A stretch of 64,000 nt of DNA from Malacoraja senta (GCA_038087875.1 CM075993.1:9922001-9986000), one strand, 5' to 3'; shown: positions 28,231 to 41,505, numbered from the stretch's first letter. Notes: generated by a model not told the origin, from the sequence alone. Program-made: numbers and translations.

Positions 28231-29504
28231 ATTTGGAATACACATGTTATATTTGATCTCTATGAACCTATTTTTGTTTTAGTTGTCCAATGTCTCTTTG
28301 ATCAACATAGAATTATGGAAATTTAAAACATGACATTTTTGAAGCACCTTTCGGTGATTAGCTCTAAATTGATTTTCTGGTGATTATTGGAAATAAATAA
28401 TTTGATGCACTGTAGGTTCCATTAATCTTGGGCATGCTTTAAAATGTTTTGTCGATTGAAAGCAGATGCTGTGTAATCTCTTGAGCCAGTGCTATTCAAG
28501 TAAATCATGGCTGTGCCAGATTGTTCCTTACTGTTCTTTCAGAGTCCAACAAGTTACACATCATCACACAAGGATAGCTCCAGTTTTCCACTGTCTTACT
28601 GGACTGGTCTGTCATACTTTTCTCAGATTAAATATTCTCACTCAGATTTGCTTAATCCCAATGTGCTTCAATTTAGGGGGGGGGCGGTTTATGCTGATCT
28701 CAGGTTGTTTTTTATAAAAAGATGAGTCGAAACAGGCCCTTTGCCCCAACTAGTCCATGCCAACTACTTTGTCACACTAGTTCTGTTATCCCACTTTCTC
28801 ATCCACTATCTATACACGAGGGCAATAAACCTACATGTATTAGGTCAGGCATTACTAGGTATTGTCTCTTCTATAAAATTTGAACACTATATCTGGCTCA
28901 TTTACCCTTCTGACAGTCATGACTGAATCTTAATTTGAATCTGAACCTTGTCTTATCCACAAAGCCCCTTGAACAAGTTGACTTGCACCCTATGAAACAT
29001 CATACTTTGGTTGACATTAGTAACGCCGTTACATTGAAACACCTGGTGTAAATAACAGCAAGCTTAAGCTAGGATTTTAGTGCAAGTGTAATCTACCTGA
29101 TGGATGTCGGTACACTTGAAATGTTGTCCGATTTCACAGTTTAATAGTGGAAGAAAATGAAAACAAGTCATTATTTAATAATCTTATCAGCAATACCAGA
29201 TATGACCATTAGAAGTACACTTAGGACAAATTCACCTTAAGTCCATATTTAGATATTCATGTTTTAGCAGAGACAAGTCCAACACCAGGCAGACTATGAC
29301 AAAGTACACAGAGCTTCAATATATGTATAAATACAGAATCAATCCTTAACAAAAAAAAGCAAAGTATGTATTCTCTTGTTCAAGTATATGTTGCACAAAA
29401 TATTCTTGTTTCTTCATGGATAACCAAAGCAATACTTTTGAGAATAAAATAGTTTTGATGCGTTGCAAAGTACACTTCTCCCCCAACCATTTACTCTCTG
29501 TCAA

Positions 29505-29717
29505 TTATGATGTTTGACACTGAACACCACCTCTAGGCTTTTGATCTTCTTCATACGCTTCCCCTCTAAAACTTCCACGTTGGTCCTCTGGCATACATTC
29601 TGTTAACTCCACATGTTCCATTTCATCAGTGATCATCAGCTCTTGGCGTGGTGGAAGCAACTGTTCCAATTCAATCAAATTCTCTGGTGAAATCCATCCA
29701 TATGGCGGGAACTTCAC
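29505..29717 (-). CDS. DNAJA4: DNAJA4 last exon (VKFPPYGW...GGVQCQTS*)
   Basis: ORF 29505..29717 ending in a CaaX box. Confidence 0.96.
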   Translation of the reverse strand: MKFPPYGWISPENLIELEQLLPPRQELMITDEMEHVELTECMPEDQRGSFRGEAYEEDQKPRGGVQCQTS

Positions 29718-32700
29718 CTGATGATGGAACAGAAAGCCTTAGATATACTGTCATACGCTGAGTTCAGTACCCATAATATTCTGTGGTGAAACTTACTGAG
29801 AATTGTATGATCAGTTGTCCTTTTTCAAATGGATCTCTATAAATTGGCATTCCTTCATTCTGAACACATTTAAGGCTGCCATCTTTTACAACTTCACCTG
29901 AAAAAAGTAAAAATCTTACTGTTACTGAGAACTTAACATTTAAATTTGATTCAAGCAGGAATGTTCTGCAGAATTTTTTTTTTAAATCAATGGAAGACGT
30001 TTTTTATAATATTGATGGATAAGGGATGAGGATCAGCAGCTGAAGTTATGTTTTTACCCCTTCCCAACCGCCCCCCCCATCAATAAAAAGGGCGATCTCA
30101 AAAGGCAACTTCAAAAAGCTTACAAAATGTATCAATAATGATATGTAAGCAATGGCACAAGACACAGTGCTGGAGTAGGTCAGCCGGTCAGGCAGCATCT
30201 TGAGAGAACGCTGACCCGCTGAGCTACTCCAACTTTTTTTTTTGTAAACTAGCATCTGCAGTTCCTGGTTTCTACAAGGAATGACAAGTTCCACTGGTCT
30301 ATTAGACAGTATGACATAGAAATCACAAATTAAAGCAGAAGCTCCACCACTGCATATTCTAAAAAATATATTTTAATATAACCTATTGATACGTTTTGAA
30401 TTTCAGTTTTATAAAATAAAAGGTTTTTAACCTGGTTTTAAACTAATCACAAGCATCCTTTTGTCGAGTGTTTCTATTATTTTTTTGAAGCCACACAAAG
30501 CTTCCACTAGCAATATTTCCATCTTCATGATCAAATCATTTGCATGTCTTCGGAATACATCGTGGTCCTTTTGATCCAGCACAATGATGACGTCACCAGG
30601 CTCCAATCCTGGCTCCTGATCCCCCTCTCCACGGAATGTTAACTTCTGCCCATCTTGCATACCTGCAAATCATTTCAGATAGATTAATTATTGAAGCCAA
30701 CAAGTGCAAAATAGAACACAGGATCAAAACCTCATAACATCATTTCATAGCTTAAATTACCTTTGTCCACGTGAACTTCCAATATTTTTCTCTCTTTCAC
30801 AATTTTGCGTCCATTACAGTTCTTGCACCGGTCTTTAGGATTAATCTGTTCACCTTGTCCATGGCAGTCTGAGCACATTGTCTGGATCTGCTGCATCATA
30901 CCCAGCCCAATTTGTTGGACATGGATTTCAATCCCTCTGCCTTTGCAATTTGGACATTTTTCCACACTTCCTTTCTTGCCGCCATAACCTATTATTTTTA
31001 AAAATATAAGACATCAAATAGCATTATTCTTTTCTTTGCCATAATTTGACAAATTGTGCTTTTCTGTTTGTTCCAGGTTTGCCATCTAACTATTGACACA
31101 ACAAATGACAAAGATGTCATTGTACACAGACTCACTGCCAGCACTTCCCGTGACTATGTTCATATCCACCCCTCAAACAATATCGAAAATGCCCAGTTTC
31201 TAGGTCTTTCACTTAATAAAATAATTCAAATCCCACTCAGATTTGCTGGTGCTGACAGTCAATAGATGAGAATGGGGAGGGATTCAAAAGTTGAGCAACT
31301 AACAACCCAAAATTGAGGAGCAGGGAGAGAAAAGCATCAGGTGGAATTTAAGAGCAACTAGCAAAAGAATACGTGAAAAAGGGGAGGACAGATAATTCAA
31401 ATAATAATTTGACAGATAATATCTAGTTCAAAGCAATGTCTTTGAACTAGATATCATTACATGATCTAATTATCTTCTAAAACAACAATTCTAACTCCTC
31501 GATACGCAAAGAATAGTTGGATGAACTTATTATTAATATCTCTATTGTATTTACCAGAATATTCCTAGTAGTGACAAGCTGGTTTACAAAATATTAATGC
31601 AATTTGTTTGCTGTAAAATCAAGTAATTGATTATTAATTATGCTGCATCAGAGGAAATCTTCCTTCAGTGCCAATACCAGTTAAGCCAGATGCATTCCAA
31701 TTGTGACTTGACTATTTCTATGGGATTGTGTCTGTTATGAAACCAATGCCCAAAACACAACAAACTCCGAGGTTCATGGGGACCATTTCCCTCCACAGAT
31801 GCTGCCTGACATGCTCAGTTCCTCTAAAGGTTTGTTTTTCTGCTCAAGATTTCACCAACTGCAGATTCTGGTGTCCCAGTTTTTCCATTCGGAGTTCAAA
31901 AATGTTGGTATTCTGGCTTCAGCTCAGCAGGAGTTTTAGTAAACTTTGTATACGCACCGTCACATTTGTCACAAATTACATTTTTCTTCAATGCCAACTT
32001 CCTTGCCGCTCCATTGTAAAGGTCCTCAAGTGAAACAGCTAACTGGTGCACAACGTCCTTGCCTAGTCACAAACAAGTAGCGCAGTCAAGCAAGATGTAC
32101 ACATACCATTGCCAAATTTAGCATTCTGATGCAACATTAAACATATTTAAATATCAATTTGTATTTTAAAATGTTAACCCCACCAAGAGAAGTTGATTTA
32201 TTTATAGACATAATTCCAAGGATGACAGAATTACTATTTAAAATCAGCCTATCAATCTCGGGTTTTTTGTTGAAGGGTGCGGGTGTCAGGGAGAGGAGAG
32301 TGGTACTGAATGTTGGTATTGTAATGTGGGAGCAGTAAAGAATGAGAGGGAACGTTAACAGAAACATTACGGTAGCACATTGTTACAATGTTTACTCCCC
32401 ACCCCCCACCCCCACCCCAAGAAAATGCTTAACTTTTGTTCTACTTTAGATGAACCGCAAATTGTCACATCTCAAATAAATAGGTTTTAGCCCACATACA
32501 ATATTGTATATTCATTAAAACTGATAACATATGACCACACTTCAACTTTAATTGCCAAATTAAACATTAAAATAACATGGAACAAAAATAACACTGTTTG
32601 GTTGTGACTTTTAGTTTGTAGAAAATAATTTTAAACCATAATTTATGCAATAGTTTCTTTGCTTCTTCAGCACCAATTGTGCAGCCTAGAAACAGGCCCT

Positions 32701-35700
32701 CCAGCCCACCATGTCCAAGTCAATGTTACTGCCCACCTACACTAATCTGATTCATCAGTATTAACATCGTACCTTCTATGCCTTCCCTATTCAAGTGCTT
32801 TTAAATGCCCCGTACCACTGTTGACTGTATCTGATCACTCCAGCAGCACATTCCAGATATTGACAGAGTAAATCCTTTCCCAGCAGACTCCTTTATAAAA
32901 ACATCCCCTTATTTTTAACCTATGCCCATTCGTTTTTGATAATCCAAGCATGGGAAAAAGATTTTCATATTTACCTATGGCTATGGCTCATAGATGTTAT
33001 ACACTGCTATCAGGTCACCTCCCACCCTCCTGGGAAAACTAGCCCATCCTATCCAATCACTCCCATTTTCAAAAGTCCTCCAACCCAGGCCATTTCCTAG
33101 TGAGTCTCCTTTGCATTCTCTCCAGTGCAACTACATCCATCTTGCAGTGTCATAACCAAAACTGCACACAATATATCAAGTATGGCCTTACCAGTGTATT
33201 GTTGCAACATAACAGCTACTTTATGCTCTAACCTACAAAGACAATTAAAGTCATGCTATCTACCAGTGTTGCTACTTTAAGGGAACTGTGGCAACTTGAA
33301 CCCAGAAGGTTCTTCTATTCATCAGTGTTGCTTTGTGCCCAACCATTTGCTGTACATGTCATACCCATTTTTGACTTTCCAAAATCCTTCACCTAGATGT
33401 GTGACGATTAAATTCCATCTGCCCAACATTCCATCTGATGCATATCCTGCTACAGCCTTAGACAAACTTGCTAGTCACAATACCGCCAATTAACAGCCAT
33501 ACGCAATCTTGTGGAAAATGATTTTGAACCATAATGTATAGTTTCTTTCCTACTACATTCAACTGTGCACCACAGAAACAGACCCTCCAGTCTACCTACA
33601 TTCACACCTAAGTCTTTAATATGCATCGCAAACTTCAAACCCAGCATCCATTCCTGCGATACACCACAGACCTCCAATCCGAAAAGAATCCCTCCTTCAC
33701 TATCCAGTGCCTCCAATCATCAAGCTAATTCTGGATCTAATAAGCCAGCTCGCCTTGCATCCCGTGTGTCTTCAGCTTGAAGACCAACCAACTATGCGGG
33801 AACGCGTCTAATGCCGTACAACGTCTACTGGCCTGCCTTCATCAATCTTCTCAAATACCTCAAAAAAGAGGTTTTCCCCTGTACAGAGCCGTCCTGCTCA
33901 AACTGTGGTTCCAAATGTACAAAAATCCTATAGCATCAAATTTTCTTCAATAATTTCTCTACAACCGACTAAGCCTTATCAGTCTTTAGTTACCAAGCTT
34001 ATCCCTGCTGCCTTCCTTAACTAAAGGAACAACATTAGTTATCCTCACTACCTCACCCTTGGGCTAATAAAGATGCAGAATCCTGTGTCTGGGTGCCAGC
34101 CATCGCTTCCTATGCTTTTCATAATGCGGAATAGATCTCATTCAGCCAAGTGGCTTTATCCATACTTGTGCCTTCCAAAACATCCACCTTCTTAATAATA
34201 CCATTTCCCTTGCCCCTTTCTAGGTCTCAATATACTTCTGCAAGTTGGGTTTCCTCTTAATCTTATCTGCCAAGTGTATTCTGACTCCTTTTTGCACTCC
34301 TAATGTCTTTCTTAAATTCTCTCCCAAACTCTCTCTACTCCTCAAGGGACTCAATTGTAATTGCCTATACCTGCCATTTGCCTCCTTTTTTTCCTTGAGC
34401 AAATCTTTAATATAGTTTATCGCCTAAGTTTCCCCAAGCTTGTCATTTTTACTTTTCACCCTTACCAGAACATGCTGCCACTGAACTCTTACTAACTCTG
34501 TTATAACAGATTCCCACATGCCAGCCATTGTTTTACCTGCAAGCATCCGCTCCAAATTTATTTTCGCCGGATTCTCTGTTAAGCCATAATTTTCCCCAAC
34601 ACAAGACCTTAACCCGAGGGCCAACCTTATCCCATTCCATAACTACCATAAAAGTTAAAATAATTACTGTTCCCAAAGTAATCCCCCCCCCCCCCCCCAC
34701 CTCTGTCCAACTTCATTTCCCAAGACAGATTACTGCTCATTTCCAGTAAGAATCCTTCCATCATTTATTTAGTTTAGTTTTAGAGATACAGCATGGAAAC
34801 AGGCCCTTCGGCCCACCGACCATCATTCACATGTTAACACTAGTTCTGTGTTATCCCACTTTCTAATCCACTCCCCACACTGGGGGAAATGGGAAATTTA
34901 TTGAGAGCCAATTAACCTACAAACCCACGCATCTTTGTGACGTGGGAGGAAACCAGAGCATCCAGAGGAAATCCACATGGTCACAGGGAGTACATACATG
35001 TAAACTTCACACAGACGGACAGCACCCAAGGTCAGGGTCAAACCCGGGTCTCTGGCACTGTGAGACATCAGCTGTGCCAATGTGCCGTCATCTATGGAAA
35101 ATGTCAAAGTGAAAAACTCAATCCAACAGGTAATGAAAGGGTACTTACCTTCAGAAGTTAGCTTCCTACAGCTCTCAAAATATACTCCTCAGGGTCAGTT
35201 TAAATTGGCAGTTAATTCTGAGGCATCCTCACTGGAATGAACAATTGACCTAACTCCTGCATCTACTGGCTTCCCACTCACATTAATATACTGAATGTGG
35301 GTAGGTCGGGCTCTGGTTTCAGATCTAACATCCCAAAGGTTGTCAAGCTGAAACTTTATCTGTTTCTCTCTCCAGAGATGATTCTGTTCATCTCCAGCAG
35401 TTTGTTTTTACTTCAGGATTTCCAGTACGTTTTAATTTTGATTCCTGCTTCTTCTATCTACATTTATATGGCAGAACCACTCCATTTACTTTTTATTCAC
35501 TAAAAGAATACTTTAATAACAGAATCTGCACATGTAATGAACACTTTACCACTATCTAATGTTTAAGCTCATTAGTGAAGGCAGAAATTTGCTTGCCACG
35601 TATTTATCTTGCGTTGCTTTCCCCTTCATGTTTGTGAATTAGTTTTCCCATCCTCCCCCCACCAAACCTCCAGCGAGGTAGGGAAATGACAATGTACCTC

Positions 35701-38307
35701 TTTTCTCCCTTTGCATTCTGCCACCACCACCAAAGAACATGTCGAAGATGTCCATGGGCGAGGAGAAGCCACCACCCCCTACTCCTCCTTCTTTAATGGC
35801 TTGCTCACCACCTTGGTCATAGATGTCTCGCTTCTTAGGATCTGATAAAACCTCATAGGCTTGTGATATAAGTTTGAACTATTAAAGAGAAGCAAAAGAA
35901 AATAAAAAGTAAATTATCATGTCCAAGTATTCCTAATGTCACTAATCTATAGAGATCCTGCAGAGAAACCTTCTTTCATCCATCATTTGGAGAAAAAAAA
36001 CCATCTATGGAAGACCACTCAATTTATTTAATATTTAACACGGTAAATAAGACATTAACCAAAAGTGGCCTGGCCCATAGTGGCCTGATCAGAAACCTCA
36101 GAAACACAAAGATCCTCATCTATATATTTTACAACTTCTTTGAAAAAATGCAATCAAATTGATCAGACACGTACTCTCCCCAATAAAGCCAAGCAAATTT
36201 GTATTAATCTCTGTTCTTCCTGGTGTAGATGACACTCGTGTAGATCCACCCTGTCCCTATTTGAATAAAAAAGGTGCCATATTTGCTGTCCTCCAGTTAT
36301 CCGGCACCTCAGCTGTGGCCGTGATGGTTTGGAAATCTGCCCGGACCCTATCAATCGCCCCCTTTGCTTCACACAGCAGCCTAGCATCGATCCCATCAGT
36401 CCCTGGGGAATTATTCACCAAGACCATTAAGGTATCCAGTGCCTCCTGATTTTTAAGGAAAACATGTTCTAGAATGTCTCTATCTTCTCCCCAAATTCTT
36501 CAACTACATTAAGCCTCACCTATGTCCTCTGCCTTCACACACACATTACTGCTTAGTCTATTTATTTGCCGATTGCTCTGCCCACGTGCCTCCACTTGAG
36601 CCCTCCCACATTACAACGTGTTTATCAACCCATTAAAAAGTGGCTTAATAATGACCCACAAAATAAAATGGTACATTTATAAATTGTCGTACCCAGTGAC
36701 AGAGACTTACTGAGGACAAACAATCACGAAAAGATTCAAGGATTCGCTTGAAACATTCCTGAAGACTTTCAGCATTGACGCATTACTGGCAACAAGCACT
36801 GGATTGCCCCGTCAGCACACCCACATAAAAAGTGGTGCACGCTAATACAAGGAAATTAGAATGAGGATGCAAAGAGGAAAAGAATCTCAAAAATTAAGAA
36901 CCACTGATGTTACACTGATGGATTTCAAGAGTTAATTTCAAGCCCAGCTGGTCTAATCTCAACATGACAGACGAGATGCCATGGTTTTACTCAAGAATGG
37001 GTGATGAATAACACACCCACACAGCAAATATCAAACTGTTGTTGGAACTCAGAAAGTCGGGCAGCAATTGTGGAGGGAAATGGATAGACGTTTTGATTGG
37101 GGATACTTCTTCGTCAGACCTTAAACATTGTCTGAACACTCCCTTGACTGATACTGCCTGTCCAGCTGAGTTTTGTTTTGCTCCGTGTCTGTGGAATTCT
37201 CTGCCTCAGAGGGCAGTGGAGGCAGGTTCTCTGGAAACTTTCAAGAGAGAGCTAGATAGGGCTCTTAAAAATAGCGGAGTCAGGGGATATGGGGAGAAGG
37301 CAGGAATGGGGTACTGATTGGGGATGATCAGCCATGATCACATTGAATGGCGGTGCTGGCTCGAAGGACCGAATGGCCTACTCCTGCACCTATTGTCAAG
37401 ACCACAACACCTGCAGTCTCTTGTGTCTCCAACATTACCCATTGTAGCCACGTCATAGTCAAGACTATACTTTTTTTTTTTACTAAGTTAAGTATTTTAA
37501 TCTTGTGGGAAAAAAAGTGCTGGAAGAACTTAGGGGTCAGGCAGCATCAGTGGAGGGAATAGGTAGACAACCTTTCGAGTCGGGTTCCTTCTTCAAACAT
37601 CTGAAGGCTGAAGTGGAATCCCAAACTGAAGCGTTTCTGTCCATTCACTCCACAGATGCTGCCTGATGCACTCTATATTTTTCCCTTAGCTCTAAATAGT
37701 GTACTTGAGTTTGGCTTGATGGTATTTATATATAGTATTATCTGACGATGGGATAATATGCAAATCAAAGCTCTTCACTGTACCTCAGTACACGTGACAA
37801 TAAATCTAAAGTTAAATCTCTGAAAAGGGCCCCGACTCGAAACGTCACCCATTCCTTCCCTCCAGAGATGCTGCCTGTCCTGCTGAGTTGCTCCAGCATT
37901 TTGTGTCTATCTTCGGTTTCAACCAGCATCTGCAATTCCTTCCTACACATAAAGTTAAACCTCCCCTAGTTCCTCCAGCACTTTGTGTTGCTCCAGTTTC
38001 CAGTATCTACAGCTCCTAGTGCCCTCAGTGGAGTCCCACCCTAGTCCCGGTAGCCAGTGTTGTTATTCAACTAAACCTTGATGCAATGGGTGAAAAAGCA
38101 GTGAGATGATCAAACTCGGAGCTCGCTGCTGGTCAGTGGAAAAGTTGTGGAAAGCCGCCGACCGCCCGCCTCTCACCCGCTCGCCCTCGCCCGGGTTCTT
38201 GTCCGGTGGAATCGCAGCGCCAGCTTGCGGTACGCCTTCTTGATCTCGTCCGGGGATGCGCTGGCCTTTACCCCCAGCGTGTCGTAGTAGCCCATCTCCT
38301 TCACCAT
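29505..38307 (-). CDS. DNAJA4: DnaJ homolog subfamily A member 4 (Hsp40); spliced span of 7 coding exons, about 396 aa if the 1-nt deletion at about 38205 is corrected
   Basis: J domain [13 protein letters not shown]...[18 protein letters not shown] (DNAJA4-type rather than DNAJA1), G/F region, four CxxCxG zinc motifs, C-terminal CaaX CQTS; tail-to-tail with WDR61 as in human. Confidence 0.92.
29797..29897 (-). CDS. DNAJA4: DNAJA4 coding exon 6 ([18 protein letters not shown]...IIQFS)
   Basis: ttcag|GT...TCA|gtaagt. Confidence 0.95.
30432..30662 (-). CDS. DNAJA4: DNAJA4 coding exon 5 ([10 protein letters not shown]...ISLKP)
   Basis: ORF 30427..30660; tgcag|GT...CCAG|gttaaa. Confidence 0.95.
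30761..30988 (-). CDS. DNAJA4: DNAJA4 coding exon 4 (zinc-finger region)
   Basis: ORF 30732..30965; aatag|GT...AAAG|gtaatt. Confidence 0.95.
31958..32062 (-). CDS. DNAJA4: DNAJA4 coding exon 3 (GKDVVHQL...ICDKCD)
   Basis: ctag|GC...GACG|gtgcgt. Confidence 0.95.
32690..34750 (-). mobile_element. Old, heavily degenerate CR1 LINE
   Basis: Scattered CR1-like ORF2 remnants and a 3' tail near 32690. Confidence 0.6.
34785..35090 (-). mobile_element. V-SINE (HE1-like)
   Basis: Reverse complement of tRNA head, V-domain and tail. Confidence 0.8.
35698..35878 (-). CDS. DNAJA4: DNAJA4 coding exon 2 ([10 protein letters not shown]...RMQREKR)
   Basis: aatag|TTC...AGAG|gtacat. Confidence 0.95.
37185..37398 (+). 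mobile_element. CR1 3' tail fragment
   Basis: [15 protein letters not shown]... and CR1 3' UTR. Confidence 0.8.
38177..38307 (-). CDS. DNAJA4: DNAJA4 coding exon 1 (J domain N-half; 131 nt, one short of frame)
   Basis: ccccag|ctaccATGG...GAGCGG|gtgaga; CAC CGG AC where CAC CCG GAC (HPD) is expected. Confidence 0.88.
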
Positions 38308-38329
38308 GGTAGCTGGGGAGGGGGCAAGA

Positions 38330-39480
38330 GGCAAGTGAGTGCGAGACTGGGGGAGGGAGGGAGAGGGGGAGTGCGGGACGAGAGGATAGTGAGGGAGAGA
38401 GTGAGAGTGAGGGGGAGAGCGATATGGGGGGGGAGAGTGAGGGGGAGAGTGAGTGAGGGGGAGAGAGAGTGAGGGGGAGAGCGATATGGGGGAGAGTGAG
38501 GGGAGAGAGTGAGGGGGAGTGCGGGACGGGAGGATAGTGAGGGAGAGAGGGAGAGTGAGTGAGGGGGGAGAGTGAGAGTGAGGGGGAGAGAGTGAGGGGG
38601 GAGAGAGAGGGGGAGAGAGTGAGGGGGAGAGAGTGAGGGGGAAGCGATATGGGGAGAGTGAGTGAGCGGGGAGAGTGAGGTGAGGGGGAGAGAGTGAGAG
38701 TGAGGGAGAGAGTGAGAGTGAGGGGGAGAGAGTGAGAGTGAGGGGGAGCGAGTGAGGGGGGAGAGTGAGAGTGAGGGGGAGAGATGAGAGTGAGGGAGAG
38801 AGAGTGAGGGGAGAGAGTGAGAGGGAGAGAGTGAGAGTGAGGGGGAGCGAGTGGGGGAGAGAGTGAGGAGGGAGAGAGTGAGGGGGGAGAGTGAGAGGGA
38901 GAGAGAGAGAGTAGGTGGGGAGGAGAGTGATGAGGGTGGAGAGCGATATGGGGGGAGAGTGAGGGGAGAGAGAGTGAGGTGGAGAGTGAGAGTGAGGGTG
39001 GGAGAGAGAGTGAGGGGGGGGGGGAGGGAGAGAGAGTGAGGGGGAGAGAGTGAGGGGGGGAGAGAGTGAGGGTGAGAGTGAGGGAGAGAGTGAGGGGAAG
39101 AGAGTGAGGGGGAGAGAGTAGGGGGGAGAAAGTGAGGGGGGGAGAGTGGGGAGCGAGTGAGAGTAAGGGGGAGAGTGAGTGAGGGGGAGAGAGAGTGAGG
39201 GGGAGAGTGAGTGAGGTGGAGAGTGAGAGTGAGGGGGAGAGTGAGAGTGAGGGAGGGGGCGAGGGAGAGAGAGTGAGGGGAGAGAGTGAGGGGGAAGAGA
39301 GTGAGGGGGAGAGAGTGAGGGGAAGAGAGTGAGGGGGAGGAGTACGGGGCGGGAGCAAGGAGGTGGGGGGAGAGTGGGGAGCGAGTGAGAGTAAGGGGGG
39401 AGAGTGAGTGAGGGGAGAGAGAGTGAGGGGGAGAGTAGGGGGGAGAAAGTGAGGGGAGGAGAGTGCGGACGGAGCGTGGG
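38330..39480. repeat. Purine-rich low-complexity array (GAGAGTGAGGGGG-like units) in DNAJA4 intron 1
   Basis: About 1.1 kb almost entirely G/A on the + strand. Confidence 0.9.
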
Positions 39481-39740
39481 GGGGAAGAGGTCGGTCGGAG
39501 TGTGGGCGAGGGGGAGGGGGAGGAAGGCCGGAGGCCGGGGTCCCAGAGGCAGGGTTACCGATCCCCTCCCCGCCAATGGCGACCTCCCTCCCCTCACCCC
39601 CACCCACCCAGTCCAGGCCGTCCCTCGCCGGTGAAGGGGACTTTCTCGGACAAGTATCCCCTCCCTCCCTCCCTCCCTCCCCGGCGATGGCGCCCACCCC
39701 TGACAGACCTTCCCCTCCCCCGGCGCCGGGACCCACTCAC

Positions 39741-39770
39741 CGCCGTATTCCGCTCCCGTTATGATTTGAA
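39741..39770 (-). other. DNAJA4: Probable DNAJA4 non-coding exon 1
   Basis: Strong donor GCG|GTGAGT at 39741/39740; 5' end inferred about 25-30 nt from the TATA-like element. Confidence 0.6.
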
Positions 39771-39792
39771 GGCCGCCTCACGCCGCCGCTCG

Positions 39793-39905
39793 CCTTTATT
39801 CGGCGGCTTCCAGAAAGTTCTGAACTCGCCCCGCCCCCCCGGGCCTGTTGCTGTCCGGTCGCCATGGAGACCTCTAGAAAGTTCGCGTGGTCTCTCGGAT
39901 GTTCC
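39793..39905 (-). promoter_or_regulatory. DNAJA4 promoter: TATA-like AATAAAGG and heat-shock elements in a CpG island
   Basis: Perfect HSE TTCcaGAAagTTC at 39808-39820; second cTCtaGAAagTTC at 39872-39884; TATA-like element 39793-39800 on minus. Confidence 0.8.
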
Positions 39906-40264
39906 GCGGGCCGCTCGGCGGCGGGGAATCAACGAGTGAGGCCCGGCCTCGACGGCTGCTCCCTCCCCTGCCCGGCCCGGCCCGGCCCGGGGACAACAAC
40001 TCCATGGATCGTCGCTTCTAAGATGGATCTCTTCCTTAATAACCGTGCTTGTCCGTCCCCCCCTCCTCCCTGGCTGCCATAGATTGCTCCCTCACCAGCA
40101 TCTCCTCTGTGGCCAGTAGTTCTTGTTCTGCTCTGGCTTTCCCTCCCCAAGGAGGGAACAAGGATCTATCTAGTTCCTCACCTCAAAAGGTGGTCCTCAC
40201 CCCATCACCCCACCACCCCAACACATCACCTTCTGCCATTTCCAACACGATTCCATCGCCAATC

Positions 40265-40705
40265 AAGACTGGATAGACTTGGCTTATACTCGCTAGAATT
40301 TAGGAGATTGAGAGGGATCTTATAGAAACGTACAAAATTCTTATGGGGTTGGACAGGCTAGATGCAGGAAGATTGTTCCCGATGTTGGGGAAGTCCAGGA
40401 CAAGGGGTCACAGTTTAAGGATAAGGGGGAAATCCTTTAAGACCGAGATGAGGAAAAACATTTTTCACACAGAGAGTGGTGAATCTCTGGAACTCTCTGC
40501 CGCAGAGGGTAGTTGAGGCCAGTTCATTGGCTATATTTAAGAGGGAGTTAGATGTGGCCCTTGTGGCTAAAGGGATCAGGGTGTATGGAGAGAAGGCAGG
40601 TACGGGATACTGAGTTGGATGATCAGCCATGATCATATTGAATGTCGGTGCAGGCTCGAAGGGCCGAATGGCCTACTCCTGCACCTATTTTCTATGTATC
40701 TATGT
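40265..40705 (+). mobile_element. CR1 3' fragment (same young subfamily as 21446-24650)
   Basis: Near-identical to the reverse complement of about 21446-21870. Confidence 0.9.
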
Positions 40706-40874
40706 ATTCCCATCCCCGCCGGTTTCTGCCTTCAGCAGAGACTTGCTCCCTTCACATCTCCTTGGTTCACCCATCCCACCCCAAGCATTATCTCCTGCAG
40801 CTGCAGGGGGAAGTATATGTCCCTGTACCTCACCCCTCCCCTCTATCCAGGAACCTTCATAACACGAGGATTGC

Positions 40875-41505
40875 CTTCATAACAAGAGGATTTCAGTAGT
40901 ATAGGAGTAAAGAGGTTCTTCTGCAGTTGTATAGGGCTCTGGTGAGACCACATCTGGAGTATTGTGTACAGTTTTGGTCTCCTAATTTGAGGAAGGACAT
41001 CCTTGTGATTGAAGCAGTGCAGCGTAGGTTCACGAGATTGACCCCTGGGATGGGGGGGACTGTCATATGAGGAAAGATTGAAAAGACTAGGCTTGTATTC
41101 ACTGGAGTTTAGAAGGATGAGGGGGTTCTTATAGAAACATATAAAATTATAAAAGGACTGGACAAGCTAGGTGCAGGAAAAATGTTCCCAATGTTGGGCG
41201 AGTCCAGAACCAGGGGCCACAGTCTTAGAATAGAGAGATCATTTAAGACTGAGGTGAGAAAAAACTTTTCCCCCAGAGTTGTGAATTTATGGAATTCCCT
41301 GCCACAGAGGGCAGTGGAGGCCAAGTGACTGGATGGATTTAAGAGAGAGTTAGATAGAGCTCTAGGGGCTAGTGGAGTCAAGGGATATGGGGAGAAGGCA
41401 GGCACGGGTTATTGATAGGGGACGATCAGCCATGATCACAATGAATGGCGATGCTGGCTCGAAGGGCTGAATGGCCTCCTCCTGCATCTATTTTCTATGT
41501 TCTAT
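40875..41505 (+). mobile_element. CR1 3' fragment
   Basis: CR1 C-terminus; 3' part matches 17608-17965. Confidence 0.85.

Noticed and set aside
29505..38307. Calling the Hsp40 gene DNAJA1
   Set aside because: [18 protein letters not shown] and the position next to WDR61 and IDH3A indicate DNAJA4.
38063..39736. 557-aa and 476-aa Pro/Ser/Leu-rich ORFs
   Set aside because: Stop-free translation of the purine/pyrimidine array; only the embedded DNAJA4 exon is real coding sequence.
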